Position numbers and translations under genes: made by a program. The notes under the pieces are model-generated. The model worked only from the letters and a program-made list of their open reading frames with translations. It did no database searches and had not been told where the DNA came from. A stretch of 64,000 nucleotides of DNA, taken from positions 2,784,001 through 2,848,000 of the forward strand of contig CAWKMU010000003.1 of assembly GCA_963850905.1 (NCBI GenBank). Reading direction: 5' to 3'. Positions within the stretch are counted from its first letter, which is position 1; each line of letters begins with the position of its first letter. Shown here one piece after another: positions 1 through 9,747 of the stretch. The stretch is from an uncultured Gemmatimonadales bacterium (GTDB lineage Bacteria; Gemmatimonadota; Gemmatimonadetes; Gemmatimonadales; Gemmatimonadaceae).

Positions 1-5
1 TGTTT

Positions 6-33
6 CCCCAAACCCCAGACCCCACACCCCTGT
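6..33. repeat. Tandem heptamer tract (ACCCCAG-like)
   Basis: tccccaa accccag accccac acccctg just downstream of the esterase stop. Confidence 0.55.
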
Positions 34-36
34 AGT

Positions 37-1713
37 TCAATATTTCCACCAGGGCGTCGTCGTACCCTCCGGCTTCGTCGTCAGCAGATACTCCGCGATC
101 TCGACGTCCCGCTCGGCGGGCGTGACGGGGCCGGTCCAGCAGTGCGGCTTCCGCTCGCCATACATGAAGAAGCCCTCGTAGTGCGGATTGGTCGTGGTTT
201 TCATCCACTCCTGGACGTCGCGGGTCGCGCGATCGAGGAAGAACGTGTCCCAGTTACCGACATACACGTGCAGCTTGCCAATCAGCTTGGGGCCCAGCGT
301 CGCCCAGTTGCGCTGCATGTAGTGCAGGATGTCGGTGCTGTCGCTCCAGTACCTCACGACGTCGGCGTGCATCTCACCAGTGCGGTGATCCCACGCTGGT
401 TCGAAGTATCCGTCCTTGCCCAGCGGCCCGAACACCGATTCCCAGATGTCGAGTTGATCGCCCGACCGGCCGTGCGTGCCCCTCGCCAGCTCGAAGTAGT
501 TGCGTTGCTCCGAGGTCACGTTGATCTCATCCTGCAAAGTTCGTGAGTTGACGGTGGGCTCGCGCCGCCAATCGTACTGCTTGTAGAAGGCGTTCACGTC
601 CTTGTAGACATCCACTCCCTCAACGTCCGAAAACGTGAGGGGATCCGGGCAGTAGCTCCACGTGCCGCCGAAGAAGTCCGGGTGATAGACCTGCAACGCA
701 AATGATTCCCAACCCCCGGTCGACCCGCCGGACAGAATACGCGCCCAGGGCTCGTGAATGATGCGAAAATGGGATTCGACGTACGGGATCAGCTCCTGCA
801 TGATCGCGTCGCCGTACGGTCCGTTGGCCGGGGAGTTCACCGCGTACGAGTCGTCGAAGTACGGCGTGGGGTGTTGGAACGTGACGTCGAGGAACCGCGG
901 GAAATTGTCCTTCGTCCACTCCCTGTAGAACACATTGCCGGGGTCGTCGGTAAATCCCTCCGGGGCCGCTAGACTGAAGTGCCCCTGGATGTAGTGCACG
1001 GGGTAGCTGATGGTCGATGCCTCGTAGTCGCGTGGCAGCAGGATCACGGCCCCGAGATACATCGGCTGTCCCCAGAACTTCGTGAGCAGCGCGCTCTGGA
1101 TTTTGATGCGCTTCACCCACCTGGTGTCTGGAGGCACTACGACCGGCGGCAATACACGGGAGGCCTCGAGGCGAATCGTGTATCCGGCTGCAGGATCGAG
1201 GTGTACCTTGCGCACCTCGCTGACGAGATTGCCCGGCGACGTGGTGAAGTTCTGCCCTTCCCACTGATCATTGTGCATCCAGACGACGTGGCCGTCGGCG
1301 CGATGGAACTCGGTGTACACGTCGACCAGTGCCTGGACGAAGTAGTCACCCGCCGGGATCTGCCCGAGACGTTCCACGGGAGATCCGAGGTCACTGGCGT
1401 CGATCGTCGCGATTTGTCCCGGAACGAGCTTCTCGACATCGCGACCAAAGAGCGGGGCGCCGGTTCGGCCGATCTGCTGGCGCGGTTCGGCAGGGACTCG
1501 TTCCTGGCTTCCAAAGCGGACCATGGAGTCAGTCCGAGAGATCATCACGAACACACGCCCTGTGATGGGTCCGGAATGAGCTGTTGCCGGAAAAGCAATC
1601 TCGAACTTCGTACGCGAAGCGGATCCCTGTGCGGCGACCGGTCCGGCGATCGCGATGAGTGCAACGCCGGCGACGACTAGTGGCCGCCAAGTGTGCGACG
1701 TGAACCCGACCAT
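37..1713 (-). CDS. Secreted alpha/beta-hydrolase (putative esterase family)
   Basis: N-terminal signal peptide; GGSTGG nucleophile elbow; motifs SYAVNSPANGPYGDA and YGERKPHCW typical of putative esterases; 558 aa. Confidence 0.75.
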   Translation of the reverse strand: MVGFTSHTWRPLVVAGVALIAIAGPVAAQGSASRTKFEIAFPATAHSGPITGRVFVMISRTDSMVRFGSQERVPAEPRQQIGRTGAPLFGRDVEKLVPGQIATIDASDLGSPVERLGQIPAGDYFVQALVDVYTEFHRADGHVVWMHNDQWEGQNFTTSPGNLVSEVRKVHLDPAAGYTIRLEASRVLPPVVVPPDTRWVKRIKIQSALLTKFWGQPMYLGAVILLPRDYEASTISYPVHYIQGHFSLAAPEGFTDDPGNVFYREWTKDNFPRFLDVTFQHPTPYFDDSYAVNSPANGPYGDAIMQELIPYVESHFRIIHEPWARILSGGSTGGWESFALQVYHPDFFGGTWSYCPDPLTFSDVEGVDVYKDVNAFYKQYDWRREPTVNSRTLQDEINVTSEQRNYFELARGTHGRSGDQLDIWESVFGPLGKDGYFEPAWDHRTGEMHADVVRYWSDSTDILHYMQRNWATLGPKLIGKLHVYVGNWDTFFLDRATRDVQEWMKTTTNPHYEGFFMYGERKPHCWTGPVTPAERDVEIAEYLLTTKPEGTTTPWWKY

Positions 1714-1771
1714 CCAATCCTCCGCTGTGAGCTGACACTGTCAGGCTGTTGGCGGAGAATATGGGTAGAGC

Positions 1772-1881
1772 AGGGGTTAGGGATTAGGGGTTCGGGGCTA
1801 GGGAAAAAACCGAAGGGCCAGCCGCAATGCACAGCGACTGGCCCTATCGGTTGGTTTCCTAACCCCTGACCCCTGACCCCC
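1772..1881. repeat. ~110 bp hairpin with tandem-heptamer arms (GGGGTTA/TGACCCC)
   Basis: GGGGTTAGGGATTAGGGGTTCGGGGCTAGGGAAAAAACCGAAGGGCCAGCCGC..GCGACTGGCCCTATCGGTTGGTTTCCTAACCCCTGACCCCTGACCCC forms a long imperfect inverted repeat. Confidence 0.8.
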
Positions 1882-1886
1882 GTCCG

Positions 1887-2090
1887 TCAGCAACTATCCC
1901 CGCCAGGCGGGCCGAACAACGACCGGATGAGCCAGACGACAAGGGCGATGGGAAGGACCACGAACAGAAGCACCTTCAGCGCCAGGATGGTGAACAGTCC
2001 CACAGCAATCAGTATCAGCACCGGAAGGCCGAAGATCGCCATCGTAAGGAATGGGCGCAGCGCAAAAAGACGAAGGAGGGCGGCGAGCAT
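1887..2090 (-). CDS. Small hydrophobic membrane protein
   Basis: ATG at 2090 preceded by GGAG; two long hydrophobic stretches. Confidence 0.65.
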   Translation of the reverse strand: MLAALLRLFALRPFLTMAIFGLPVLILIAVGLFTILALKVLLFVVLPIALVVWLIRSLFGPPGGDSC

Positions 2091-2117
2091 CGGTGGGAGC
2101 TCCGGAAATGGTGTCAC

Positions 2118-2678
2118 TTACCATACGGTGCGGGCCGTCCACGGGTTTCGTTCTATTCCCCTGTCGCCCGGGAAAGCGCCCGCAGCACCCCGGGTGGTAG
2201 AAACCAGAATGAGTTGACCCTCGCCGCGGTGGGGTCGACCCGAGAATTCGATCGCGCACGCGCCGCCCTTGCGCAACGGGGTCCGCGATTCATGGATGCC
2301 AGTCAGCAGCCAGGTCGCAAACGTGCCCAGGTGCGGCTCGTGGCCGACGACCGCCACGGTGGCGCGAGCCGGTTGTCGCGCGAGCCAGTCGAGGCCCGCC
2401 TCGAGCGATGCATCTGGTTCAAAGGCAGTCGCGGTGGTGACGGGGAGGTCGTCATAGGCGGCCGAAACAATCGCCGCCGTTTGCGTGGCGCGGAGCAACG
2501 GACTCGAGGCAAGCACATCGATGGCTGGTTCGAGGCGACGCAGCCCTTTCGCGGCGCGTTCCATTTTGGCGCGACCCTCTTTCGTCAGTGGGCGCAGCGC
2601 GTCGTCGTCGCCGCGTGCGCGCGCCGTGACTCGCCGATCCTGTGCGATGGCGTGCCGGATGAGAATTAGCCGTGCCAA
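2118..2678 (-). CDS. sixA: SixA-like phosphohistidine phosphatase (histidine phosphatase family); probable 1-bp insertion near the 3' end
   Basis: LIRHAIA, SSPLLRATQTA and VVGHEP motifs; the shifted frame after ~2207 gives WFLPPGVLRAL..* (stop 2153), a more typical C-terminus. Confidence 0.85.
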   Translation of the reverse strand: MARLILIRHAIAQDRRVTARARGDDDALRPLTKEGRAKMERAAKGLRRLEPAIDVLASSPLLRATQTAAIVSAAYDDLPVTTATAFEPDASLEAGLDWLARQPARATVAVVGHEPHLGTFATWLLTGIHESRTPLRKGGACAIEFSGRPHRGEGQLILVSTTRGAAGAFPGDRGIERNPWTARTVW

Positions 2679-3133
2679 TCCGGGATCCTGAAGGTCTGCT
2701 CGTGCCCTTCGTGGTTGCCGATTCTCAGGTCCTGGAGACGCGCCAGTCTCGCAGCCTCAACGGTCGCCGCTTGTTGCGCGCGTGCAGTGACGAGCCGCCA
2801 GAGTCCTCCGAACTGCACTTCGAACGCGGTGCGGCAGACGCGCGTGACGTTGTGCTGCTCGTCCGGATCGACCGTGTGAGGTCTCGCAACGACCTGCGAC
2901 ACGAAGAAGTTCCGGCTGGCTTCGTCCGGGGTGAGGACCGAGTCCGCCGACGGGAGCGCATTGACCTCGCACCACCACAGAACAGGTGCGGGCGGCGGCG
3001 GGGTTTTTTTCGCTTTTTGGACCGGCTCCGGCGGTGGCGGGGGTGCCGCTTGGCCGGGCTGGCCGGGAGCCTGTGAAAGGGCGATCCGCGGGGTCGCGAG
3101 GGCGAGTATCACGAGGGCGGCGGTCATGAGCAT
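2666..3133 (-). CDS. Hypothetical secreted protein with Pro-rich N-terminus
   Basis: Signal-like MLMTAALVILALATPRIALS, Pro-rich linker, two Cys; overlaps the sixA start; start uncertain. Confidence 0.55.
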   Translation of the reverse strand: MLMTAALVILALATPRIALSQAPGQPGQAAPPPPPEPVQKAKKTPPPPAPVLWWCEVNALPSADSVLTPDEASRNFFVSQVVARPHTVDPDEQHNVTRVCRTAFEVQFGGLWRLVTARAQQAATVEAARLARLQDLRIGNHEGHEQTFRIPDWHG

Positions 3134-3280
3134 GCCGCGACCGTCCGGCATGCGTGCGTGTCGGAACGGCAGGTGCCTGCGGTTGGACGCCAGCGAGCTA
3201 TACATGACCGTGGAACGCTTCACCCATCGTGCCAGTCCACCCAGCCGGAAAGAGCGTGGAAGGTCGTGCCTGTGGCCATA

Positions 3281-5539
3281 TCAGCTTCCCAGCCCCGGCT
3301 CCCGGGCCATTGCCCCAACATGCTGCGCGGCAGGCACCATAGATAGCGGTGCCGTCACGTTGACCGTCGCGGTCCCCGCCGCGCCGTGACTCGAGGCAAC
3401 TACTGTGATCGCGCTGCCGACGTCGAACGGCGTCGGGGTAACCAGGCCGTCGTCCGTAATCCGACCAATTGGCGTACTCGACCAGTCGACGTGGGGGGTG
3501 TTGACGACCTGCCCCCCGCCATTGGTGACGACCGCTTGCATCTGCACGGTCTGCAAGCTGGTAATCGTCGTGTCGGCCGGCTGCACGGTGACGGAGGATC
3601 CGAGCCCGGGCACCGCGGGCGTTACGTTGACGGTGGCCGACCCGGATTGACCACCGCTTGTCGCGATGACGGTGATTGCCGAACCGCCATCAATCGCCTG
3701 TGGCGTCACGAGCCCGGTCGCTGATACGCGTCCCACCGGCACGCTGGTCCACACGACCAATGGCATCGCGACGACGTGACCGTTGACGTCCGTCACCGAG
3801 TCCCGCATCTGTGCCGTTTGCGCCGCGCTGATCGTGGTGTCCGCTGGTTGCACGACGACGGACTGGATCGCGGCGGGTGACACGTTTACGGTACCGGTCC
3901 CCGAGTGACCACCGCTCAATGCAGTGACGGTGATGGCCGTCCCAGCATCTATCGCCTGAGGCGTGACGAGACCGGTGGCGGACACGCGCCCTGCAGGGTT
4001 GGTCGACCAGGCGACGACCGCATTGCTTACGACATGGCCGGTGACATCGGTGACGACCACTCGCATCTGGGCGCTTTGCGTCGGAGCGATGGTGGTATCA
4101 GCCGGCTGAACTGTGACCGACGCAATGGCGGGCGGCGGCGGAATCGAGACGTTGACTATCGCGCTACCGGATTTTGCTCCACTCGAGGCGACGATACTGA
4201 TCGCCACGCCGGTATCGCCAGGCAGCGGTATGACGAGGCCGGCCTGCGAGACGCGCCCTGCAGGAGTGCTCGACCAGGTAACGGTTGGCGACGTCACGGT
4301 GTGCCCGAGCGAATCCACGACCACGACTCGCATCTGGGCTCGGCCCGTCGGCGCAATGGTGGTGTCGGCAGGCTGGACGGTCACGGATCCCACAGGAACC
4401 GAGAACACGGCGACGGCAGCTGTTCCGCTCTTGCCTTGGCTCATGCCCGTGATCGTTGTGATCCCCACACCGACACCTGTAACCATGCCGCTCGCGTTCA
4501 CCTTCGCGACGGCAGTGTTGCTGGACGAGTATGTGACAGTTGCCCCCGCGATCGATTGGCCGGCCGCATTTGTAACTTGCGCCGCCAGTTGCTCCGTTTG
4601 ACCGGCGAACAGAGAGGATGTTGATGGCGAGAGCACCACAGAGCTGACTGGCGCCGCAGTGATGGTGACTGTGTCTGTGCCAGTGACGCCCTCCGCACTC
4701 GCTTGAATGACGGCCCTCCCCGGAGAGATGCCTGTCACCACACCTGTCGCCGAGACGGTTGCCACCGAGCTCGCAAGCGATTGCCACGCGACTTGCTGGC
4801 TCGCCAGCGGATTACCAGCCGAATCCTTTGGGGTCGCCGTCAGTTGTGTTGTCTGTTGCACGAAGACGATCGGATCGCGAGGTGTGATGACAATGGCGGC
4901 GATTGGCACCGCGGTCACCGTAATCGTGGCCGTCCCGCTGACGGTGCTGACGGTGCCCGTGATGTGCGCCGTCCCCGCAGCGCGAGCGATGACCACCGCC
5001 GCCGCATCCACGGATGCGACTGATGCGTTGTCGCTGCTCCAGGTGACGACTTGGCCGGGCACCGGCGCGCCCGCGGCATTTTTGACAGTATCGCTGAGCT
5101 GCAGCGTCGTGTTGATCCTCAAGGTGGCGCTCGACGGGACGACGACAACGGCGGCAATGGGCTGGCCGACGACCGCAATAATCGCGACGCCCGACACGCC
5201 GCCCATGCTGGCGGCGATTTTCGCCGTGCCTACATTCCGCCCCGAGACGACGCCCGCCTGATTGACTGTCGCAATCGTCGTGTCGCTCGAGGACCAGAAA
5301 AACGACGCGGTGGAAATGGGGTTGCCCGACGCATCGCGGGCCACGGCGCTGAGCGTCGTTGTCCTGCCCACCGACACGGCGCTCGATTCGGGACTCACCG
5401 TGATGCTCGCGGCGCTTCCGCCTGGGCTAGTGGCATCGTGTCCACTGGCGCACGCCAGGATGACCGCGCTCACTGTGGCACCGACGACCGCCGCGCGTGC
5501 GCTGCGGCGCAAACCTGACACGTAGATATGGACCCCCAT
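3281..5539 (-). CDS. Surface lipoprotein with ~8 bacterial Ig-like (Big_2-type) repeats
   Basis: Lipobox-like ILAC; repeats SxxVxP...WSSS..VATV...GVV; last four repeats begin with SV(T/V)VQPADTTI. Confidence 0.8.
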   Translation of the reverse strand: MGVHIYVSGLRRSARAAVVGATVSAVILACASGHDATSPGGSAASITVSPESSAVSVGRTTTLSAVARDASGNPISTASFFWSSSDTTIATVNQAGVVSGRNVGTAKIAASMGGVSGVAIIAVVGQPIAAVVVVPSSATLRINTTLQLSDTVKNAAGAPVPGQVVTWSSDNASVASVDAAAVVIARAAGTAHITGTVSTVSGTATITVTAVPIAAIVITPRDPIVFVQQTTQLTATPKDSAGNPLASQQVAWQSLASSVATVSATGVVTGISPGRAVIQASAEGVTGTDTVTITAAPVSSVVLSPSTSSLFAGQTEQLAAQVTNAAGQSIAGATVTYSSSNTAVAKVNASGMVTGVGVGITTITGMSQGKSGTAAVAVFSVPVGSVTVQPADTTIAPTGRAQMRVVVVDSLGHTVTSPTVTWSSTPAGRVSQAGLVIPLPGDTGVAISIVASSGAKSGSAIVNVSIPPPPAIASVTVQPADTTIAPTQSAQMRVVVTDVTGHVVSNAVVAWSTNPAGRVSATGLVTPQAIDAGTAITVTALSGGHSGTGTVNVSPAAIQSVVVQPADTTISAAQTAQMRDSVTDVNGHVVAMPLVVWTSVPVGRVSATGLVTPQAIDGGSAITVIATSGGQSGSATVNVTPAVPGLGSSVTVQPADTTITSLQTVQMQAVVTNGGGQVVNTPHVDWSSTPIGRITDDGLVTPTPFDVGSAITVVASSHGAAGTATVNVTAPLSMVPAAQHVGAMAREPGLGS

Positions 5540-5772
5540 CTGCACCCACAACCGGCGAGCTCGACTGGCTACGCTGACCGACTCGCCCTGGCATGAGTCG
5601 TAAACGCGCGTTGCCCCACGATTCCGGCTCCTCTCCCGAGCTGCCGGCATGATGACCCTGGATGGCAAAGGACGGACCGCGCCGCTGGCGTGCAGTTGCG
5701 ACTGGGAGCCTCCTCCCGGCGGGCGTACCGACCCCTACCTTTCTTACCCATGCCGAACATCTGGGTCGTCGA

Positions 5773-7896
5773 ATGAGCGAAGCCATTGGCGGCGAAACGG
5801 TCGTCAATCGCGAACCAGGGCTTGCGGACGTACCGCCCGGCGGGCGCGCGGCGCTGGGAACCGCGCGGCCAGCGCCCAGCATCGCGGCGGAGCTCCGTGC
5901 ATCGCGGGACTGGCGCTCGACCACCCTGGGCCCCGCGGCCGACTTGTCAGGCATCGACTTGGGCGGGGAAGACCTCCGCGGGGTCGACTTCACTGGCGCG
6001 CCGCTCGCTGGGGCGAACTTCGCCAACGCGAATCTGGCCGACGCCAACTTCAGCTGGGCGCGGCTCGCTCACGCCGACTTTACCGGCGCCACGGGGCTGG
6101 TCGGGTCGCAGTTCGCCCGGGCAGATCTCACCGGCGCGCGCGTGCCGTCGACCGTCCGGTTTGTTGCCTTCGAGACGGCAAACGAAGTTGCCATCGGCAC
6201 GGGCAAGCTCTTTCTGACCTTGCTCCTCGTCTGTGCGTATTCGTGGCTGACCATCAACTCCACGCTCGACGCGAAGCTGCTAACCGATACGGGTGCGTCG
6301 CAGCTGCCCATTCTGAACGCGCAGATCCCCATCGTGAACTTCTACTCGCTGGTCCCGCTCGGACTGGCGGGCCTCGCCCTGATCACCATGCTCCAAGGGC
6401 AGCGCCTCTGGGCGGCCGTTGGTGCTGCGCCAGCTGCCTTGCCCAATGGAACGACCATGGCCGATCGAGCCGGCGCCTGGATCCTGGGCCCCTGGGCGGC
6501 CGCGCGGACGATGCCCGCGGCATCCCGCGGGTTCTTGACGCGCCTCCAGGCTCGCATCGGCGCGCTGATTGGCTGGTGGCTCGTGCCCATGACCGTTGTA
6601 TGGTTCTGGGCCCGCTACCTCCATCGCCACGACTGGGCGGTCACCGCGATTCAGTTGCTGGCGTTGACCGTGACTTGCACCGCTGCAGTCGCCTTTCAGC
6701 GACTTGCCTACCAGACGCTGCCGGAGACGTACCCCGGACCTTCGGCCTCGGCCGGACCTGTTTCCTGGCGAGCGCGCCTGCACGATGTCCGGCCGACCCT
6801 CGCGACGGCGGTCGGAGTGCCGCTGCTATTCGGCGCGCTGTCGTACGCGGCGATCCTGGGCGTTCACCCTGCGGCAGACGCCGAGGTCATTGGCAAGCAA
6901 ACGGGGCAGCAACGCCCGACGCTGTCGCTCGAACGCACGGTGCCGGCGCTGGCGGCCGTTGTGCCAGAGCTCCTGCAAAGGATCGGTGTCCGACCGGTCG
7001 CGCAACTCGAGGAAGCGGAAGTCTCCACTCGCCTCACGAGTGCGACCGCGAGCGACACCAGCGCCGACGCCAAGGCGACCGGCGCACGTCTCATCGGCGC
7101 CGACCTGCGCTTCGCCTCGGCGGAGCGCGTCTACCTTCCGCTGGCGAACCTGACGGGTGCGGATCTGCTGGGCGCGTACCTCTGGTCCGCTGACCTCCGC
7201 GGGGCGAATCTGACCGGCGCGAACCTCGCGGGTGCGCTCCTGTTCCTGGCAGACGTGCGCAAGGTGCGCGCGAGTGCCGTCTCGGTCGTCGCGCGTGTCA
7301 TGAAGAGCGAAACTGGGACGTGGCGCGACACGCTGTATTGCTCCCGCACGTCGTTCGGCGCAGCCAATCTCCGCTACGCCCGCCTGAATGGAGCCGATCT
7401 CCGGGGCGCATCGTTCGACGAAGGGATGCTGCAGGGCGCGACGTTCACCCACGCTCGACTGACGCATGCGACGTTTGTCGGCGCTGATCTCGACGGCGCC
7501 GACTTCCGGGGAGCGTTCGGCCTCACTGCCGACCAGATCATGGCGGCGCAGCACACCGACGCGCTGTACGATTCGACTCTGTTGGCCACGCTCAAGACGC
7601 GAAGCCCCGTGCGCTTCTCACAGTACGACGCAGCGGCGATCGCGGCCGAAGCGGAGCAGGAACGGCTGTCCGGCGACATCGAGCCGGACACGCTCTCCGG
7701 TGACCGTCTCCTTGCGCGCCAGGCGCTGATGCGCCGGGCATACAAGAACGGGCCCGCGGAGCAGGTCGTGGAGGGCGACGCGAACGCGAATGCGTGGCGG
7801 GACTGGAACGGCAAAGGCGAGGACCCGGTCCCGCATGGCTGCTTCGTCGTGCGCGTGATGCTGCCGGGTCAACCCGCGCAACGACCGCCAGCCTAG
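5773..7896 (+). CDS. Membrane protein with N- and C-terminal pentapeptide repeats
   Basis: A(D/N)(L/F)xx repeats at both ends flanking several TM segments; start uncertain (5662 or 5773). Confidence 0.8.
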   Translation: MSEAIGGETVVNREPGLADVPPGGRAALGTARPAPSIAAELRASRDWRSTTLGPAADLSGIDLGGEDLRGVDFTGAPLAGANFANANLADANFSWARLAHADFTGATGLVGSQFARADLTGARVPSTVRFVAFETANEVAIGTGKLFLTLLLVCAYSWLTINSTLDAKLLTDTGASQLPILNAQIPIVNFYSLVPLGLAGLALITMLQGQRLWAAVGAAPAALPNGTTMADRAGAWILGPWAAARTMPAASRGFLTRLQARIGALIGWWLVPMTVVWFWARYLHRHDWAVTAIQLLALTVTCTAAVAFQRLAYQTLPETYPGPSASAGPVSWRARLHDVRPTLATAVGVPLLFGALSYAAILGVHPAADAEVIGKQTGQQRPTLSLERTVPALAAVVPELLQRIGVRPVAQLEEAEVSTRLTSATASDTSADAKATGARLIGADLRFASAERVYLPLANLTGADLLGAYLWSADLRGANLTGANLAGALLFLADVRKVRASAVSVVARVMKSETGTWRDTLYCSRTSFGAANLRYARLNGADLRGASFDEGMLQGATFTHARLTHATFVGADLDGADFRGAFGLTADQIMAAQHTDALYDSTLLATLKTRSPVRFSQYDAAAIAAEAEQERLSGDIEPDTLSGDRLLARQALMRRAYKNGPAEQVVEGDANANAWRDWNGKGEDPVPHGCFVVRVMLPGQPAQRPPA

Positions 7897-8465
7897 TCGT
7901 CGTCGTCGCAGCGGCGAGCTCCATGCTCGTGGTCGTGGTCGTGGTGATCCTGATCAATACTGTCGTCGTCGTGGTCGACGTCGCGTTCAATGTCGCGCTC
8001 GGCTTCGCGCTGCGCGCGCACCGCCTCACGACGCGCCAGCGCCTGCGCGTGAAACGCGATCCGCTGGCCGAAGTCTGCCCAATGGCTGCCAGCCTCCTGC
8101 CACCGCGATCCTTCGTTGCGCCAACGTTCGGACATGCGCCGTGATTCGCGCTCGAGCTGCTCGACGGACGACGACAGGTCCCCCTCATGATCGCCCGGCG
8201 CGAGCTGGGCCGCCGCGGCGAGTGCGTCGTCCATCTCTCGCATCGCACTGGCCACCGCGCTGTCCGCGGTCGCGAGCCGCCTGCGTGCCACGTCGATCCG
8301 GTCCAGGGCGCGGTCGACTGAATCTGCCGCAGCACTCGAGGTGCTCCGGGGAGCGTTCTGCGCTGGCGCCACTCCGCAGGCCGCGATGCAGACAGTGACG
8401 ACCGTAGACAGCGCTGCCCACGCCGCTGTCGCGCGATGCCGGACGATTGCCTGGTAAGCACCCAT
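7893..8465 (-). CDS. Hypothetical helical lipoprotein with His/Asp-rich C-terminus
   Basis: ATG at 8465 after GGAGGG; lipobox IAAC; coiled-coil-like body; tail HDDDSIDQDHHDHDHEHG. Confidence 0.6.
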   Translation of the reverse strand: MGAYQAIVRHRATAAWAALSTVVTVCIAACGVAPAQNAPRSTSSAAADSVDRALDRIDVARRRLATADSAVASAMREMDDALAAAAQLAPGDHEGDLSSSVEQLERESRRMSERWRNEGSRWQEAGSHWADFGQRIAFHAQALARREAVRAQREAERDIERDVDHDDDSIDQDHHDHDHEHGARRCDDDD

Positions 8466-8527
8466 ACAGTCCCTCCTTATTGCGTAACCCTCGTCCAGCG
8501 CGCGATCGTGCCCGACCACACGTGGTA

Positions 8528-8559
8528 ATCTCCTTTCGCCTTTCTCCTCTCTCTCCTCT
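8528..8559. repeat. Pyrimidine heptamer tract (TCTCCTT-like)
   Basis: tctcctt tcgcctt tctcctc tctctcctc in a divergent intergenic region. Confidence 0.45.
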
Positions 8560-8706
8560 ACGAGCCGCGCAGCGGCAAGTCCCCCTACGGCCTCGTGCGG
8601 GGTCTGGTTTCGCGCACGTCGATCACCGGCTCGACAGGCATCAGTTTGGGACCGTCCGGCCGGGTCCGGCTTGCCGAAGCGCTCACAGCCTGCGAATACT
8701 CTGGAT

Positions 8707-9747
8707 ATGAGACACCTTGCCTCGCTTGGGCTGCGGAGCGACGGTCGCCGCCTGTCGATTCTCGACCAAACACAGTTGCCCGATCGCGAGGTGTGGCTGG
8801 ACGCGACCGCGCCGGACACGATGATTGGCCACATCCAGCGATTGAGTGTACGCGGCGCGCCGTTGATCGGAGTCGCCGCCGCCCTCGCGCTCGCGTACCT
8901 GGCCGAGCAAGGTGCCGATGAGGAGCAGTGGCGATCAGCCGCCGAACGACTCAGACGGGCGCGACCGACCGCCGTCAACTTGATGCACGCGATTGATCGC
9001 CTCCTGCGCTCGGCAGGGCCGGCCTTCAATGTCCCGGCGATTATCGCGCAAGCGGAAACGATCTTCGATGAGGACGTGGTGCTCTGCGAGGCCATGGCCA
9101 CGCACGGCGTGACGCTGATCGGGCAGGGAGAGGGCATTCTCACCCACTGCAACACGGGTGGATTGGCGACCGTGGGGATCGGGACCGCGCTCGGCGTGAT
9201 TCGCCGCGCTCACGAGTCGGGTCGCGGCATCCACGTCTATGTGGATGAGACTCGTCCCCTGTTGCAGGGCGCGCGATTGACGACGTGGGAGCTCGCGCAG
9301 CTGGGCGTCCCGTACACGCTCGTCACGGACAACATGGCCCCGATTCTCATGCGGGAAGGCCGCATTCAACGGGTGCTGGTAGGTGCCGACCGGATCGCGC
9401 GCAACGGCGATGTCGCCAACAAAGTGGGGACGTATGGCGTCGCGGTAGCCGCGAACCACCACGGCATTCCTTTTCACGCCGTCGCGCCGTGGACGACAGT
9501 CGATCTGTCCTGCCCGGATGGCGCGGGCATCCCCATCGAGGAGCGAAAGAGCGATGAAGTACGGGGGGCTCGAGGGAGTTTCGGCTCGATTCGGTGGAGC
9601 CCGGTCGATGCGCAGACCTACAATCCCGCGTTCGACGTGACGCCGGCGAGCCTCGTCAGTGCCCTGGTCCTCGACCGGGGAATCGTGCGTAGCGGGATGA
9701 AGCTGGAGGAATTCGCGGAACGACCCGTTATCGGTTCCGCGCGGTAA
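8707..9747 (+). CDS. mtnA: S-methyl-5-thioribose-1-phosphate isomerase
   Basis: LDQTQLP, VRGAPLIG, RPTAVNL, LTHCNTGGLAT, DETRPLLQGARLT, ANKVGTY and NPAFDVTP motifs. Confidence 0.95.
   Translation: MRHLASLGLRSDGRRLSILDQTQLPDREVWLDATAPDTMIGHIQRLSVRGAPLIGVAAALALAYLAEQGADEEQWRSAAERLRRARPTAVNLMHAIDRLLRSAGPAFNVPAIIAQAETIFDEDVVLCEAMATHGVTLIGQGEGILTHCNTGGLATVGIGTALGVIRRAHESGRGIHVYVDETRPLLQGARLTTWELAQLGVPYTLVTDNMAPILMREGRIQRVLVGADRIARNGDVANKVGTYGVAVAANHHGIPFHAVAPWTTVDLSCPDGAGIPIEERKSDEVRGARGSFGSIRWSPVDAQTYNPAFDVTPASLVSALVLDRGIVRSGMKLEEFAERPVIGSAR

Noticed and set aside
7893..9155. 420-aa minus-strand ORF as a single gene
   Set aside because: Its 5' part is antisense to mtnA; only the portion from ATG 8465 (RBS, lipobox) is credible
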